Below are positions 1 through 8,058 of a stretch of DNA of 64,000 nucleotides, piece after piece. The stretch lies in IMG/VR virus record IMGVR_UViG_3300032053_000002, positions 108,752-172,751 of that record; one strand, 5' to 3'. The DNA comes from a virus. A model generated the notes under the pieces. That model did no database searches and was not told the origin of the DNA. It was given only the letters and a program-made list of their open reading frames with translations. Position numbers and translations under genes: made by a program. Each line of letters begins with the position of its first letter. The first letter of the stretch is position 1.

Positions 1-332
1 AGTATTTTGGATACGGCTAATGCAACCGCAACCGATCTAGACATTCCGGCTTCGCAATTTATTAAAATATCGTTTACGTCATGTTTATATCTAAGAACGA
101 AATCTACAATACGTTTAGCAAGAAATTCCGAAAAATGAATAAGATCATTCATGTCTACTCGATAAAATGAATTAACGTCACCGTCATAATTTATATCATG
201 AAATTCCAGATACAAAACATCTTTACAAAAAGAAGTCTCAGGCAACCTATAAAATGGAGCTCCCGGAGAAAATATGGAAATGGCGACGAACGGAATTTTA
301 ATTCCATCGATAAATACCTTATCGGTAGCCAT
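1..332 (-). CDS. Partial CDS (runs off the window start); CX5R phosphatase-like protein (dual-specificity/tyrosine phosphatase signature CEAGMSRS)
   Basis: Minus-strand ORF starting at ATG 332 (MATDKVFIDG...), no stop before window edge; contains C-X5-R-S P-loop motif typical of Cys-based phosphatases; consensus promoter immediately upstream (368-396). Confidence 0.45.
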   Translation of the reverse strand, partial: MATDKVFIDGIKIPFVAISIFSPGAPFYRLPETSFCKDVLYLEFHDINYDGDVNSFYRVDMNDLIHFSEFLAKRIVDFVLRYKHDVNDILINCEAGMSRSVAVALAVSKI

Positions 333-367
333 ACGTTTATTTATCGCAACTATTTTATACATAGTAT

Positions 368-396
368 AATATAACCAATTTTTTATAGAAAGTCAA
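368..396 (-). promoter_or_regulatory. sigma70-like promoter, minus strand: TTGACT-N17-TATATT
   Basis: Reverse complement reads TTGACT ttctataaaaaattggt TATATT ahead of ATG at 332. Confidence 0.6.
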
Positions 397-399
397 CCG

Positions 400-585
400 C
401 TACTTTAACAGAAAATTCGCCAGCCTAATTATAAAAATAATTACGAATGCCCAGAATCCTATTCCGAAAGCAGTTCGGTCAAACACCGTCGATTTACCTC
501 GGGAATCAAAGATGATATACAACACCATTAGTCCACCGAATAAAAACAACAAACCAACACCGATATAAATTAATAAGTTTAACAT
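400..585 (-). CDS. small hydrophobic (membrane) protein, 61 aa
   Basis: ORF track; strongly hydrophobic two-helix sequence. Confidence 0.4.
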   Translation of the reverse strand: MLNLLIYIGVGLLFLFGGLMVLYIIFDSRGKSTVFDRTAFGIGFWAFVIIFIIRLANFLLK

Positions 586-596
586 TCCATTTCCTT

Positions 597-896
597 TTAA
601 CTTTTTATGTATGTTTTAGCAACATGCGCGATATCGCGAATTCGTTTAGTATGACCAGAAGTTTCCAATTTTTCAAGACAAACCACAATCTTTTCATAGT
701 CTAATTGCGGATAATAATATTTCATTTTAATCAGATTGACAATAGAAGATTCCACAACTCCGTCGTTATTGTGTTGTAATCCATTTAAATAATTAGCGAG
801 ACCCCGCTCAATTTTAATAGCCGAATCATTTACTTGCGACAATACTTGCGAAAACATTACGCTAATCAATATCACTACTAAAAAAAGTTTTTTCAT
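597..896 (-). CDS. secreted/signal-peptide protein, 99 aa
   Basis: N-terminal MKKLFLVVILISVMFSQVLS signal-like segment; AGGAG-like RBS upstream. Confidence 0.5.
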   Translation of the reverse strand: MKKLFLVVILISVMFSQVLSQVNDSAIKIERGLANYLNGLQHNNDGVVESSIVNLIKMKYYYPQLDYEKIVVCLEKLETSGHTKRIRDIAHVAKTYIKS

Positions 897-984
897 TTTC
901 TCTCTCCTTTTGTTTACATACTATTAAACGAAAAGAAAGAGTAAATGTTGTCACATCCAAGTAAACAATTGTAAAAAATTGTCA

Positions 985-1074
985 TGGCGGAGAGCATAGG
1001 ATTTGAACCTACGCTGCGTTACCGCAGGCCTCGCCTTTCCAGGGCGGCACAATACCTGATTCTGTCAACTCTCC
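985..1074 (-). tRNA. tRNA-Ser (anticodon GGA), type II with long variable arm, CCA encoded
   Basis: Reverse complement GGAGAGT..ACA/TGT D-stem..anticodon loop CTGGAAA..variable hairpin CTGCG/CGCAG..T-arm GTAGG TTCAAAT CCTAT..acceptor GCTCTCC-G-CCA. Confidence 0.8.
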
Positions 1075-1082
1075 ATCTTTCT

Positions 1083-1364
1083 TTACTGATCCAACTTTAA
1101 AAAATTATAAAATTTTTTTAACTCTCGCATAGTCATCACAACCCTTTTTACTCCATATACCACAGAATAAACGGCATCGAGTTCTGGAGTATAAACAAAA
1201 CTCTCGGATTCTTTTCCGGTATCTAATAAATGTTTATCTTTAATCCACACCATTTTTCCGTTAAACGGATATTTTTCAATAAATGTCCAACCATCTTTTC
1301 GTAATCGTCTCGGTGTAATTTTGAGCATCCATAAGTCTCCTTTGTATCGCGTTACGAATTTCAT
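1083..1364 (-). CDS. hypothetical protein, 93 aa
   Basis: ORF between two tRNA genes. Confidence 0.5.
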   Translation of the reverse strand: MKFVTRYKGDLWMLKITPRRLRKDGWTFIEKYPFNGKMVWIKDKHLLDTGKESESFVYTPELDAVYSVVYGVKRVVMTMRELKKFYNFLKLDQ

Positions 1365-1379
1365 TTTTTAAGTTTTTCG

Positions 1380-1466
1380 CGGAGAGCATAGGATTTGAAC
1401 CTACACGACTTTTCAGTCGACCTCGCATTTCGAGTGCGGTACAATACCGGATTCTGTCAACTCTCC
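1380..1466 (-). tRNA. tRNA-Ser (anticodon CGA), type II
   Basis: Reverse complement GGAGAGTTGACAG...anticodon stem CGCA/TGCG loop CTCGAAA...T-arm GTAGG TTCAAAT CCTAT...acceptor GCTCTCC. Confidence 0.8.
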
Positions 1467-1472
1467 ATAATA

Positions 1473-1649
1473 TTAATATTTCCTTTTAGATTTTCTGAAA
1501 GTCTCCAATACGTTCGGATCGGTTGTTGGTGATTTCTTTTCCGCCCACTTTTTCTCTTTATTTTCCGTCCACTTTGTTAATTGTTTATTCACAAAATATA
1601 AAATAAATACGGCGACTAAAACAATCAATCCAATAAATAAAACGTTCAT
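1473..1649 (-). CDS. small membrane protein (~58 aa; start trimmed to internal Met so it does not overlap tRNA)
   Basis: Track ORF 1473..1709 overlaps tRNA-Ser(TGA); internal ATG at 1649 gives MNVLFIGLIVLVAVFILYF... single TM helix plus Lys-rich tail. Confidence 0.4.
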   Translation of the reverse strand: MNVLFIGLIVLVAVFILYFVNKQLTKWTENKEKKWAEKKSPTTDPNVLETFRKSKRKY

Positions 1650-1676
1650 ATGTATTTCCTTTCTATTGGCTTTTCG

Positions 1677-1762
1677 CGGAAGATGAAGGATTTGAACCCT
1701 CGCGTCCAAAGGACGACCTCAGCTTTCAAGGCTGGTGCGATGCCGGACTCCGCCAATCTTCC
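1677..1762 (-). tRNA. tRNA-Ser (anticodon TGA), type II
   Basis: Reverse complement GGAAGAT..anticodon loop CTTGAAA (stem CAGC/GCTG)..T-arm GAGGG TTCAAAT CCTTC..acceptor ATCTTCC perfectly pairs GGAAGAT. Confidence 0.8.
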
Positions 1763-1766
1763 AATA

Positions 1767-2003
1767 CTATTTTTCTTTATCTTCTTTTCTTTTATTAAGG
1801 AATATTTTATTTATCAACGTCCATGCACTTAATCCAATAGAAATTAAAACTCCTAATTCCTTAACTACATCTAATAAATAATAAATGTTTAATTTTTGAA
1901 GTATGTATGTTAATAAAAACGCTCCCGCTGCCGCAGAAACTAAAAATTCTGTTACCGCGTGCCACATCCGTGACTTCCAAAACTTACCTGTTATGTTTTT
2001 CAT
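1767..2003 (-). CDS. small membrane protein, 78 aa
   Basis: ORF track; two hydrophobic segments. Confidence 0.45.
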   Translation of the reverse strand: MKNITGKFWKSRMWHAVTEFLVSAAAGAFLLTYILQKLNIYYLLDVVKELGVLISIGLSAWTLINKIFLNKRKEDKEK

Positions 2004-2039
2004 AACATAAACTCCAATTAGCGGAGAGTATAGGATTTG

Positions 2040-2125
2040 AACCTATGTGCCCAAAGGGCAACCTCGGTTTAGCAAACCGGTACAATACCTGACTCTGCCA
2101 ACTCTCCAGAACGATCTTTATTTCA
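2040..2125 (-). tRNA. tRNA-Ser (anticodon GCT), type II
   Basis: Reverse complement GGAGAGTTGGCAG...anticodon loop TTGCTAA...T-arm ATAGG TTCAAAT CCTAT...acceptor ACTCTCC. Confidence 0.8.
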
Positions 2126-2168
2126 TTTTTATCGCCATGGTGTTTCTCCAAATTTTTATATATAGATA

Positions 2169-2197
2169 AATATACGAAAATAAAATATACAAGTCAA
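2169..2197 (-). promoter_or_regulatory. sigma70-like promoter TTGACT-N17-TATATT, directed toward tRNA-Ser(GCT)
   Basis: Reverse complement TTGACT tgtatattttattttcg TATATT. Confidence 0.6.
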
Positions 2198-2213
2198 GTT
2201 ATTTGTTGAGTAT

Positions 2214-2684
2214 TTATAACTCAAAACTTTCTACTTCTTCTGGCGACAAATCATACACACTAGAAAATAGTGTTTTAAGATTGCTGTGCCAGTCGACTCC
2301 GTATTTCTTAACTATTATATAAAATTCGTTAATATCATGTCTTCTAATCCGATATTCCCATTCGCCAGATTTATCATTTGTTATCGCTAAAACATGCAAT
2401 AACTCGTGCCATAACAGTATCATTCGCTGTTCTTCTGTTATTTTATCCCAAAACTCCCCAGATAATTCTATAACATAATCGCATTCACCAAACACTTTTA
2501 ATAAGTTACTGGCTCTGGTGCATCTTCCGGCCGTTGTTTTGCTTATTGTGGGATAAACTAATAGATACTTTATTCTTGCGTTACCTATTTGAATTAGTTT
2601 ATCTTTGATAACTTCTTCCGCCAAATTTTCCACATCTGGCGACTTAACATACTCTTTTTTCTTAATTTTTGTTGTGTTGGACAT
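2214..2684 (-). CDS. SprT-like zinc metallopeptidase (HExxH: WHELLH)
   Basis: 156 aa; HELLH zinc-binding motif with downstream acidic residues; size and layout typical of SprT/DUF45 family. Confidence 0.5.
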   Translation of the reverse strand: MSNTTKIKKKEYVKSPDVENLAEEVIKDKLIQIGNARIKYLLVYPTISKTTAGRCTRASNLLKVFGECDYVIELSGEFWDKITEEQRMILLWHELLHVLAITNDKSGEWEYRIRRHDINEFYIIVKKYGVDWHSNLKTLFSSVYDLSPEEVESFEL

Positions 2685-2741
2685 GACATACCTCCGTTAA
2701 TATATTACTATAAGTTAAACGAAATTTTTCAAAAAAAGTTC

Positions 2742-4244
2742 CTATTTCGAATCCAAAACATCTCGTACCCGTTTAAGTATAGTCAGTGGAGTAACCGGTT
2801 TTTCAATAAAATTAATATTTTCGTGTAGTATTCCATAATGTACTATTGTATTATCAGTATATCCTGACATATATAATGTTTTAATTTTTGGGTATTTTTT
2901 GATTAGATTTTCTACTAATTCTACTCCATTCATTTTTGGCATAACGACATCAGTTAATACAATGTCGATTGGAACATTAAGTGTTTCCACTTTTTCTAAT
3001 GCGATCACACCATTTGAAGCCATAATTACGGTATATCCAGAATTTTCTAAACGGTCTTTTATAAGATTTCTAACTTCTAGTTCATCTTCTACTAATAATA
3101 CTGTTTCGGTTCCTCTTATATCGTTTTCATTTATTTTATCAACCAAAAAGCGTTTTACGGCAATATCATCAGTTGAAGGAAAATAAATATAAAATGTTGC
3201 TCCGTGCCCAGGTTCACTTTCTGCCCAAATATGTCCATTACTTTGTTTAACAATGCCGTATACCACAGGCAAGCCAAGACCGGTTCCTCTTCCCAATGGT
3301 TTAGTCGTAAAAAATGGTTCAAATAATCGATCCTTTACTTCTTTAGTCATTCCTACGCCAGTATCTGAAATAGAAATCAAAACAAATGAACCTCTTTTAT
3401 CAAATGGTTCGATGGATTCAACGTTTTCAGTTTTTATTACCAATTTTCCCCCATCTGGCATAGCATCAATCGCGTTTATACAAATATTTATTAAAACTGA
3501 TTGAAATTGAACCGTATCTATTTTAATATTTTTAATATCTGGGGATAGATTTAAAGAAAAATCAATGTCTTCTTTTATAAACTGACTTAAAAAATCTTTT
3601 TGTTCGGATAAAAATTGATTTGGGTCAACAGTTTCCATTTTCATCATTTGTTTTTTACTAAATGCTAAAAGTCGTTTTACAAATTTTTCTGCCCGTTCAC
3701 TCGCACGAAAAATTTTTCCAACTTTAACTTGTTCATTTGAATCTGGAACTAATTTATTCATTAGCTCTTCGCTATATCCTTTTATAACGGTTAAAATATT
3801 ATTAAAATCATGTGCGATACCGCCCGCTAATAAACCAACGGCTTCTAATTTAGAAGTATTTTTTAATTGGTCTTCTAAAACAGTTTTTTCATTTTCAAGG
3901 CACGTTATATCTCTAACATAAACAATCCCAAGCGTTTCATTGTCATGATTAAAAAATTTTGCATATACTTCGCATGAAAATGAACTACCATCTTTTTTTC
4001 TATTAATAGTTCTAGTAAAGAATTTTCCTGTTTTTTTACCGATTTCCATTAATTTAGGCAGAGTCATTTTATAATATTCTTCCGAAGTTAAATCATGTAC
4101 ATTTAATATAGATTTAAATTCTTCGCGTGTATATCCGTATAATTCAATGGCAGTTTGATTACAATCTAAAATAGTACCATCTAATTTTTCTAAAAAAATT
4201 GCGTCCGGTGACGTATCAAGTATTAAATCAAAAAATCTTTTCAT
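2742..4244 (-). CDS. hybrid sensor histidine kinase with C-terminal receiver domain (PAS - HisKA - HATPase_c - REC)
   Basis: 500 aa; PAS-like N-term; H-box HDFNNILTVIKGY; G-box ISDTGVGM...GTGLGL; receiver with LLVEDE...D(TDVVMPKMNG) phospho-acceptor Asp. Confidence 0.8.
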   Translation of the reverse strand: MKRFFDLILDTSPDAIFLEKLDGTILDCNQTAIELYGYTREEFKSILNVHDLTSEEYYKMTLPKLMEIGKKTGKFFTRTINRKKDGSSFSCEVYAKFFNHDNETLGIVYVRDITCLENEKTVLEDQLKNTSKLEAVGLLAGGIAHDFNNILTVIKGYSEELMNKLVPDSNEQVKVGKIFRASERAEKFVKRLLAFSKKQMMKMETVDPNQFLSEQKDFLSQFIKEDIDFSLNLSPDIKNIKIDTVQFQSVLINICINAIDAMPDGGKLVIKTENVESIEPFDKRGSFVLISISDTGVGMTKEVKDRLFEPFFTTKPLGRGTGLGLPVVYGIVKQSNGHIWAESEPGHGATFYIYFPSTDDIAVKRFLVDKINENDIRGTETVLLVEDELEVRNLIKDRLENSGYTVIMASNGVIALEKVETLNVPIDIVLTDVVMPKMNGVELVENLIKKYPKIKTLYMSGYTDNTIVHYGILHENINFIEKPVTPLTILKRVRDVLDSK

Positions 4245-4266
4245 TGCCGATCTCCTTCAATAAAAG

Positions 4267-4346
4267 AACCCCGAGCGGGATTTGAACCCGCCTTTTCAGC
4301 TCCATCTACGAATAGAAGTTTAGGAAACTCCCTCGGCTATCGGGGC
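4267..4346 (-). tRNA. tRNA-like element (type-II-like, degenerate D-arm; anticodon unresolved, possibly CCU)
   Basis: Reverse complement has acceptor GCCCCGA/TCGGGGT, U8 A9, perfect T-arm GCGGG TTCAAAT CCCGC and a long variable region, but no canonical D-stem; a hairpin GGAGT/ACTTC with loop TTCCTAA lies too close to the 5' end. Confidence 0.4.
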
Positions 4347-4350
4347 AAAA

Positions 4351-4617
4351 TTATTTTTTCCTCTTTTTTCTGGCCGCTGGCGGTATAGGTGGACGAGAAG
4401 TAGATGGCGGATAATTTTTTCCACCCTTAACAGTTTTGCCTTCGGTCAATAATGGAAAGTCGGGTTTAGAATTTTTCACGACTTCCGATAAAGCATCAAC
4501 CACAACTTGCTCCATTGTTTTTCCAACTTTGTTGGCATACGCTTCCAACTTTTTAAATAAGTCATTATCCAAATCGATTTCCACGTCCACATACTTTTTC
4601 ATTTTTTCTTTTTTCAT
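4351..4617 (-). CDS. hypothetical protein, 88 aa, Lys/Pro-rich C-terminus
   Basis: ORF track. Confidence 0.5.
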   Translation of the reverse strand: MKKEKMKKYVDVEIDLDNDLFKKLEAYANKVGKTMEQVVVDALSEVVKNSKPDFPLLTEGKTVKGGKNYPPSTSRPPIPPAARKKRKK

Positions 4618-4644
4618 AACTCTTTCCTTTATTTAATATAAATA

Positions 4645-5322
4645 TCATTTATTTCCGAAATATTTATTTATTTTATCATTTATTGTTTCCACCATTTTCA
4701 TATTTTCGAATATTATGTCGCGAAACTCTTTTAAGTTTTTCGCCGTTGGAAATTTCACGGTTTTCTTCTGGCGAAAATAATACTCATTTTCTCTGGTAAT
4801 ATTTAAAACGCCTATTTTCTGAAATGGAATGTGAAAGCGCTCAATCATTTGCGGTTTATCATCCAATAAATAATCACCGTTAAATAATTGTTTCTCTTTG
4901 GTAAAAATCAAATCATCATATACATTATCAACATTTTCATTCAACCATTCTATTGTCGCAATTCTCGCCGCCGTTGTTTCCTGATGCGTAGAAATGACTA
5001 TTCGACAACCTGGTATTTTGTTTTTTAATATGACGATATGATTTTTCCACTCATCCACCGATATTAACGGCTTCGCATTTCTGAAAATGTCGTAACTGGT
5101 TTTCGGGTTTTCAAAGAATACCGTGTTGCATAACTCTTCCGCCTTCTTGGCTACTTTTGGATCGAACATTCCATCAAATCCCCAACCCGTTGATTTGCCG
5201 CGAGGCAATTCATACTTTTTAAGTTCCGGATGAACTTTATAAAGCACTACCATCGCATAACCGATGAAATTTCTTAAAACGCCGTCGCAATCATGATGTA
5301 TAGTTATTATTTTATTTTCCAT
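4645..5322 (-). CDS. HAD-superfamily 5'(3')-deoxyribonucleotidase-like protein
   Basis: 225 aa; N-terminal HAD motif I ITIHHDCDGVL (DxDx[TV]); this family is common in large phages. Confidence 0.5.
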   Translation of the reverse strand: MENKIITIHHDCDGVLRNFIGYAMVVLYKVHPELKKYELPRGKSTGWGFDGMFDPKVAKKAEELCNTVFFENPKTSYDIFRNAKPLISVDEWKNHIVILKNKIPGCRIVISTHQETTAARIATIEWLNENVDNVYDDLIFTKEKQLFNGDYLLDDKPQMIERFHIPFQKIGVLNITRENEYYFRQKKTVKFPTAKNLKEFRDIIFENMKMVETINDKINKYFGNK

Positions 5323-5323
5323 T

Positions 5324-5596
5324 TTACTTTTCTTCCAGTTTAATGTCGTGATATATTTTGTTAATTATATTTAATATATGTTTTGATATAGTTATTTCCA
5401 TATCCGCAACTATAAGCCTTCTTAACTTGCCAATGGATGAATAAATGGCTCGAATATCATTTTCAGTATAAAAGTTTACTGAATTTGACGAACGCAAAAA
5501 CGTCCACCCGGGTGCATTACTCAACAGCCAATCAATTTTATTTAAAATAATATTTTTATCAGCGAAATCAAATATTCTATAATAAGTAAAACTCAT
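5324..5596 (-). CDS. hypothetical protein, 90 aa
   Basis: ORF track, overlaps start/stop with neighbours (ATGA-type coupling). Confidence 0.5.
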   Translation of the reverse strand: MSFTYYRIFDFADKNIILNKIDWLLSNAPGWTFLRSSNSVNFYTENDIRAIYSSIGKLRRLIVADMEITISKHILNIINKIYHDIKLEEK

Positions 5597-6009
5597 GTAG
5601 CTATCACTTTCGAAACAAGTTCTAGTGCTTCTCGCAACGATAACAGTTCTCCTTTTTCATTTATCATATTTTCTCGTGCATACTTTACCGCGTGAATTTT
5701 TCCATGTAATTTATAAATGTGAAAAATGTGTAATTTATGTATTTCATCTTCGGGCATTTCTTTTATCGTTACCCCCTTTTCGGTCATATACTTTTCTATC
5801 AATTTGTGTTTTTTATAAATAAAATTCGCACGCGCCATATCTTCAATAGAAAAACGAGAATTTTTTTCTATTTCATCAACTATTTTTAGAATGTCTAACA
5901 AATCTGGCGGAAATAACCACGAATCGTCGTCTTCATAATTTTTTTTAATTAGTACGGTAACCGTACGCAATTTTTTTAAAATTTCTGTTTTCTTTTCGGC
6001 TTCTTCCAT
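5593..6009 (-). CDS. hypothetical protein, 138 aa
   Basis: ORF track. Confidence 0.5.
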   Translation of the reverse strand: MEEAEKKTEILKKLRTVTVLIKKNYEDDDSWLFPPDLLDILKIVDEIEKNSRFSIEDMARANFIYKKHKLIEKYMTEKGVTIKEMPEDEIHKLHIFHIYKLHGKIHAVKYARENMINEKGELLSLREALELVSKVIAT

Positions 6010-6020
6010 TTTCTAACAAC

Positions 6021-6353
6021 TTAATTTTCGTTCAATATATCAAGTCTTTCTGGCGCAGTAACATTCCAAATAGATTTGCTCTCTAAATAAATACTTTTTC
6101 GCCACTCTTTAAGCATAGTGATAGCCGTCTTATAATCTTCATCTATAAGAACCCATAAAATTCGTCTGGCTTCAAGTCCTCGATAATTATCAAATCTCGC
6201 AAATATTTGCGATAAATCATCTTCCACCAGTTTAGAATTTCCGGATGATATTTCCTGTATCCACGTTGTTATGTCGTGAATAAGCTTTGGATTTTGCCTA
6301 CTCCGTTTTGTTCGAAACGTCATTTTTGCTGCGTCCATATTTTTTACTCCCAA
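6021..6353 (-). CDS. hypothetical protein, ~100-110 aa (true start probably at an internal Met)
   Basis: ORF track; 5' end overlaps next gene so start likely downstream. Confidence 0.45.
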   Translation of the reverse strand: MGVKNMDAAKMTFRTKRSRQNPKLIHDITTWIQEISSGNSKLVEDDLSQIFARFDNYRGLEARRILWVLIDEDYKTAITMLKEWRKSIYLESKSIWNVTAPERLDILNEN

Positions 6354-6579
6354 TTATTTTTTTATGTTGTTTATTTCTAATGTCTTCTATGTCGATTTCT
6401 TGCTTCATTTCAACTTCAATTTGAAGTTTCATTCTAAATGGATTTGTCATACTCCATGTTCTTTTGACCGAAATAATATTATATTTTTTCTTTAAATTAT
6501 TCAATACTTTATTCACATTAAAAAAATAAGTATTAAATGATATTTCAAAGGTGTATCTTTTCTGAATTATTTTATCCAT
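6298..6579 (-). CDS. hypothetical basic protein, 93 aa
   Basis: ORF track; consensus promoter just upstream (6585-6613). Confidence 0.45.
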   Translation of the reverse strand: MDKIIQKRYTFEISFNTYFFNVNKVLNNLKKKYNIISVKRTWSMTNPFRMKLQIEVEMKQEIDIEDIRNKQHKKIIGSKKYGRSKNDVSNKTE

Positions 6580-6584
6580 AATAC

Positions 6585-6613
6585 AATATACTAAAATGAA
6601 CGTTAAAAGTCAA
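6585..6613 (-). promoter_or_regulatory. sigma70-like promoter TTGACT-N17-TATATT
   Basis: Reverse complement TTGACT tttaacgttcattttag TATATT. Confidence 0.55.
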
Positions 6614-6621
6614 GTAATATT

Positions 6622-7011
6622 TTATTCGTCAGATTCTTCGGATATGTTATCAATAACGTCTAAATCAAAATTATCTATTAAAAAATGCCACGAAGGCGTT
6701 CTGTCTTCCAGTGGAACGGTAGATAGTATTTTACCAACATCGAGACGACCAACTTTAAACGCAGTATACTCTTTATCACTATCAATATATTCTATCAGCT
6801 CCGGCACATTCGCGCGGTTGCATATATATTCCAACAGAAGTGAAAATATATCAAGCTCCCACAAGAAAGTATCCAGTCCCTCAACCTGTTCCTTAACAAA
6901 ATCTGAAAATTCCTTCGCGTCTATTGCCGATCCTTCCATCCATTCAATGAATTCATCTAATTGGTTATCATCAAGGTTAAACAATTCTTTTATTAAGTCA
7001 TCCATAATCAT
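6622..7011 (-). CDS. highly acidic hypothetical protein, 129 aa
   Basis: ORF track; Asp/Glu-rich throughout. Confidence 0.5.
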   Translation of the reverse strand: MIMDDLIKELFNLDDNQLDEFIEWMEGSAIDAKEFSDFVKEQVEGLDTFLWELDIFSLLLEYICNRANVPELIEYIDSDKEYTAFKVGRLDVGKILSTVPLEDRTPSWHFLIDNFDLDVIDNISEESDE

Positions 7012-7307
7012 GCCGCATCTCCTTTTTGGATTTTTGTTACTATTCCCAGTTTGTCAAATTGTTTTTTTAAATTATTTATATAATCATTGTCGCCGTCGGC
7101 GATAATGGTTTCTCCGGTATAGTGTGCTTCAGCGGCTCGTTTCAGCGCGTCATCAAACTCCATATCGCAGACTTCCACCAGCGCGTCCATGATATATTCC
7201 GCTTCATTGGTATCATCGTTCACCAGAACCAACACGGCGAAAGACCTATCAATGTTTATATCGTGTTTTATTCCTTCATCATTTAAAATACTCGTCAACT
7301 CTTTCAT
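7008..7307 (-). CDS. ClpS-like ATP-dependent Clp protease adaptor
   Basis: 99 aa; VLVLVNDDTNEAEYIMDALVEVC...HYTGE pattern resembles the ClpS core (VxLxNDDxxxxxFVxxxL...H..G). Confidence 0.45.
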   Translation of the reverse strand: MKELTSILNDEGIKHDINIDRSFAVLVLVNDDTNEAEYIMDALVEVCDMEFDDALKRAAEAHYTGETIIADGDNDYINNLKKQFDKLGIVTKIQKGDAA

Positions 7308-7384
7308 TTTTTATTTACTCCTTAATTTTTGTAACATTCTAATAAAACTCTCGTATATTAATATAAATAGAAGAGAACGATGAT

Positions 7385-7519
7385 ATGAAACACTTTCTAA
7401 TTTATATAGTATGTTTTTTAATTTCATTTCCATTTGCGTATATAATTGTCGCGGATATAATCGATATTTATAAACGATTTCACTCGTATCTGTATATAAT
7501 TATATCCAAAATATTTTAG
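7385..7519 (+). CDS. small hydrophobic peptide, 44 aa (plus strand)
   Basis: ATG 7385, in-frame TAG 7517-7519; MKHFLIYIVCFLISFPFAYIIVADI...; sits in a divergent intergenic region. Confidence 0.25.
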   Translation: MKHFLIYIVCFLISFPFAYIIVADIIDIYKRFHSYLYIIISKIF

Positions 7520-7528
7520 GAGAATATT

Positions 7529-7846
7529 ATGCATTCGCTAGTACCTATTGCGTTTTTTGCAATGATTGTTCTAATAGTCAAATTTATTTCTGACAACAAG
7601 ATACGAAAAAAAATCATAGAGGCCGGAAATCTTAACCAGAGTTTAAAATACCTCTGGGAAAAGTCATACGCACGTAAACCGTTACAATCACTTAAAGTTG
7701 GAGCAATTGCTGTCGCGATTGGACTAATCTTTTTAGTCGGCTCAATTAGCAAATTTGAAGAGTTGGTTATCGCCGGTGCGTCTCTAGTTTCAGTTGGAAT
7801 CATATACATCATATATTATTTTATTGAACATAAAAAAGAAAATTAA
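7529..7846 (+). CDS. membrane protein, 105 aa (one of very few plus-strand genes)
   Basis: AGGAG RBS 8 nt upstream of ATG; two or three TM helices. Confidence 0.55.
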   Translation: MHSLVPIAFFAMIVLIVKFISDNKIRKKIIEAGNLNQSLKYLWEKSYARKPLQSLKVGAIAVAIGLIFLVGSISKFEELVIAGASLVSVGIIYIIYYFIEHKKEN

Positions 7847-8058
7847 AAACCGATTTCTTTAGATAGTTGCGGAGTCCATCCACCAAGTTCTCGAAATCGA
7901 TATGATATTAGGTTCTGGATTTCAACCTCTTCTTCCAATTTTTCGCGGAAATTAGTTTCGTCGATGAAGTTCATCCCCGGACTCGGCAAAAATCTTTGCC
8001 AAATCGCCAATCGAAATTTATCCGCATTCATGACTTGCTCTTTTGTTGGATAATTCAT
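7843..8058 (-). CDS. hypothetical protein, 71 aa
   Basis: ORF track. Confidence 0.45.
   Translation of the reverse strand: MNYPTKEQVMNADKFRLAIWQRFLPSPGMNFIDETNFREKLEEEVEIQNLISYRFRELGGWTPQLSKEIGF

Noticed and set aside
2899-3504. Plus-strand ORFs 2899..3186 and 3253..3504 inside the histidine-kinase gene
   Set aside because: They are antisense shadows of the long minus-strand CDS. The sequences are low complexity (Ser/Thr/Pro-rich) with no RBS.
4267-4346. Amber-suppressor (CUA) reading of the tRNA-like anticodon loop UUCCUAAA
   Set aside because: Requires an 8-9-nt loop or shifted stem; the best 5-bp stem gives CCU. Not supportable without software.
6596-7105. 169-aa plus-strand ORF 6596..7105
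   Set aside because: Overlaps two well-formed minus-strand genes. It is Ser-rich low complexity with no RBS.
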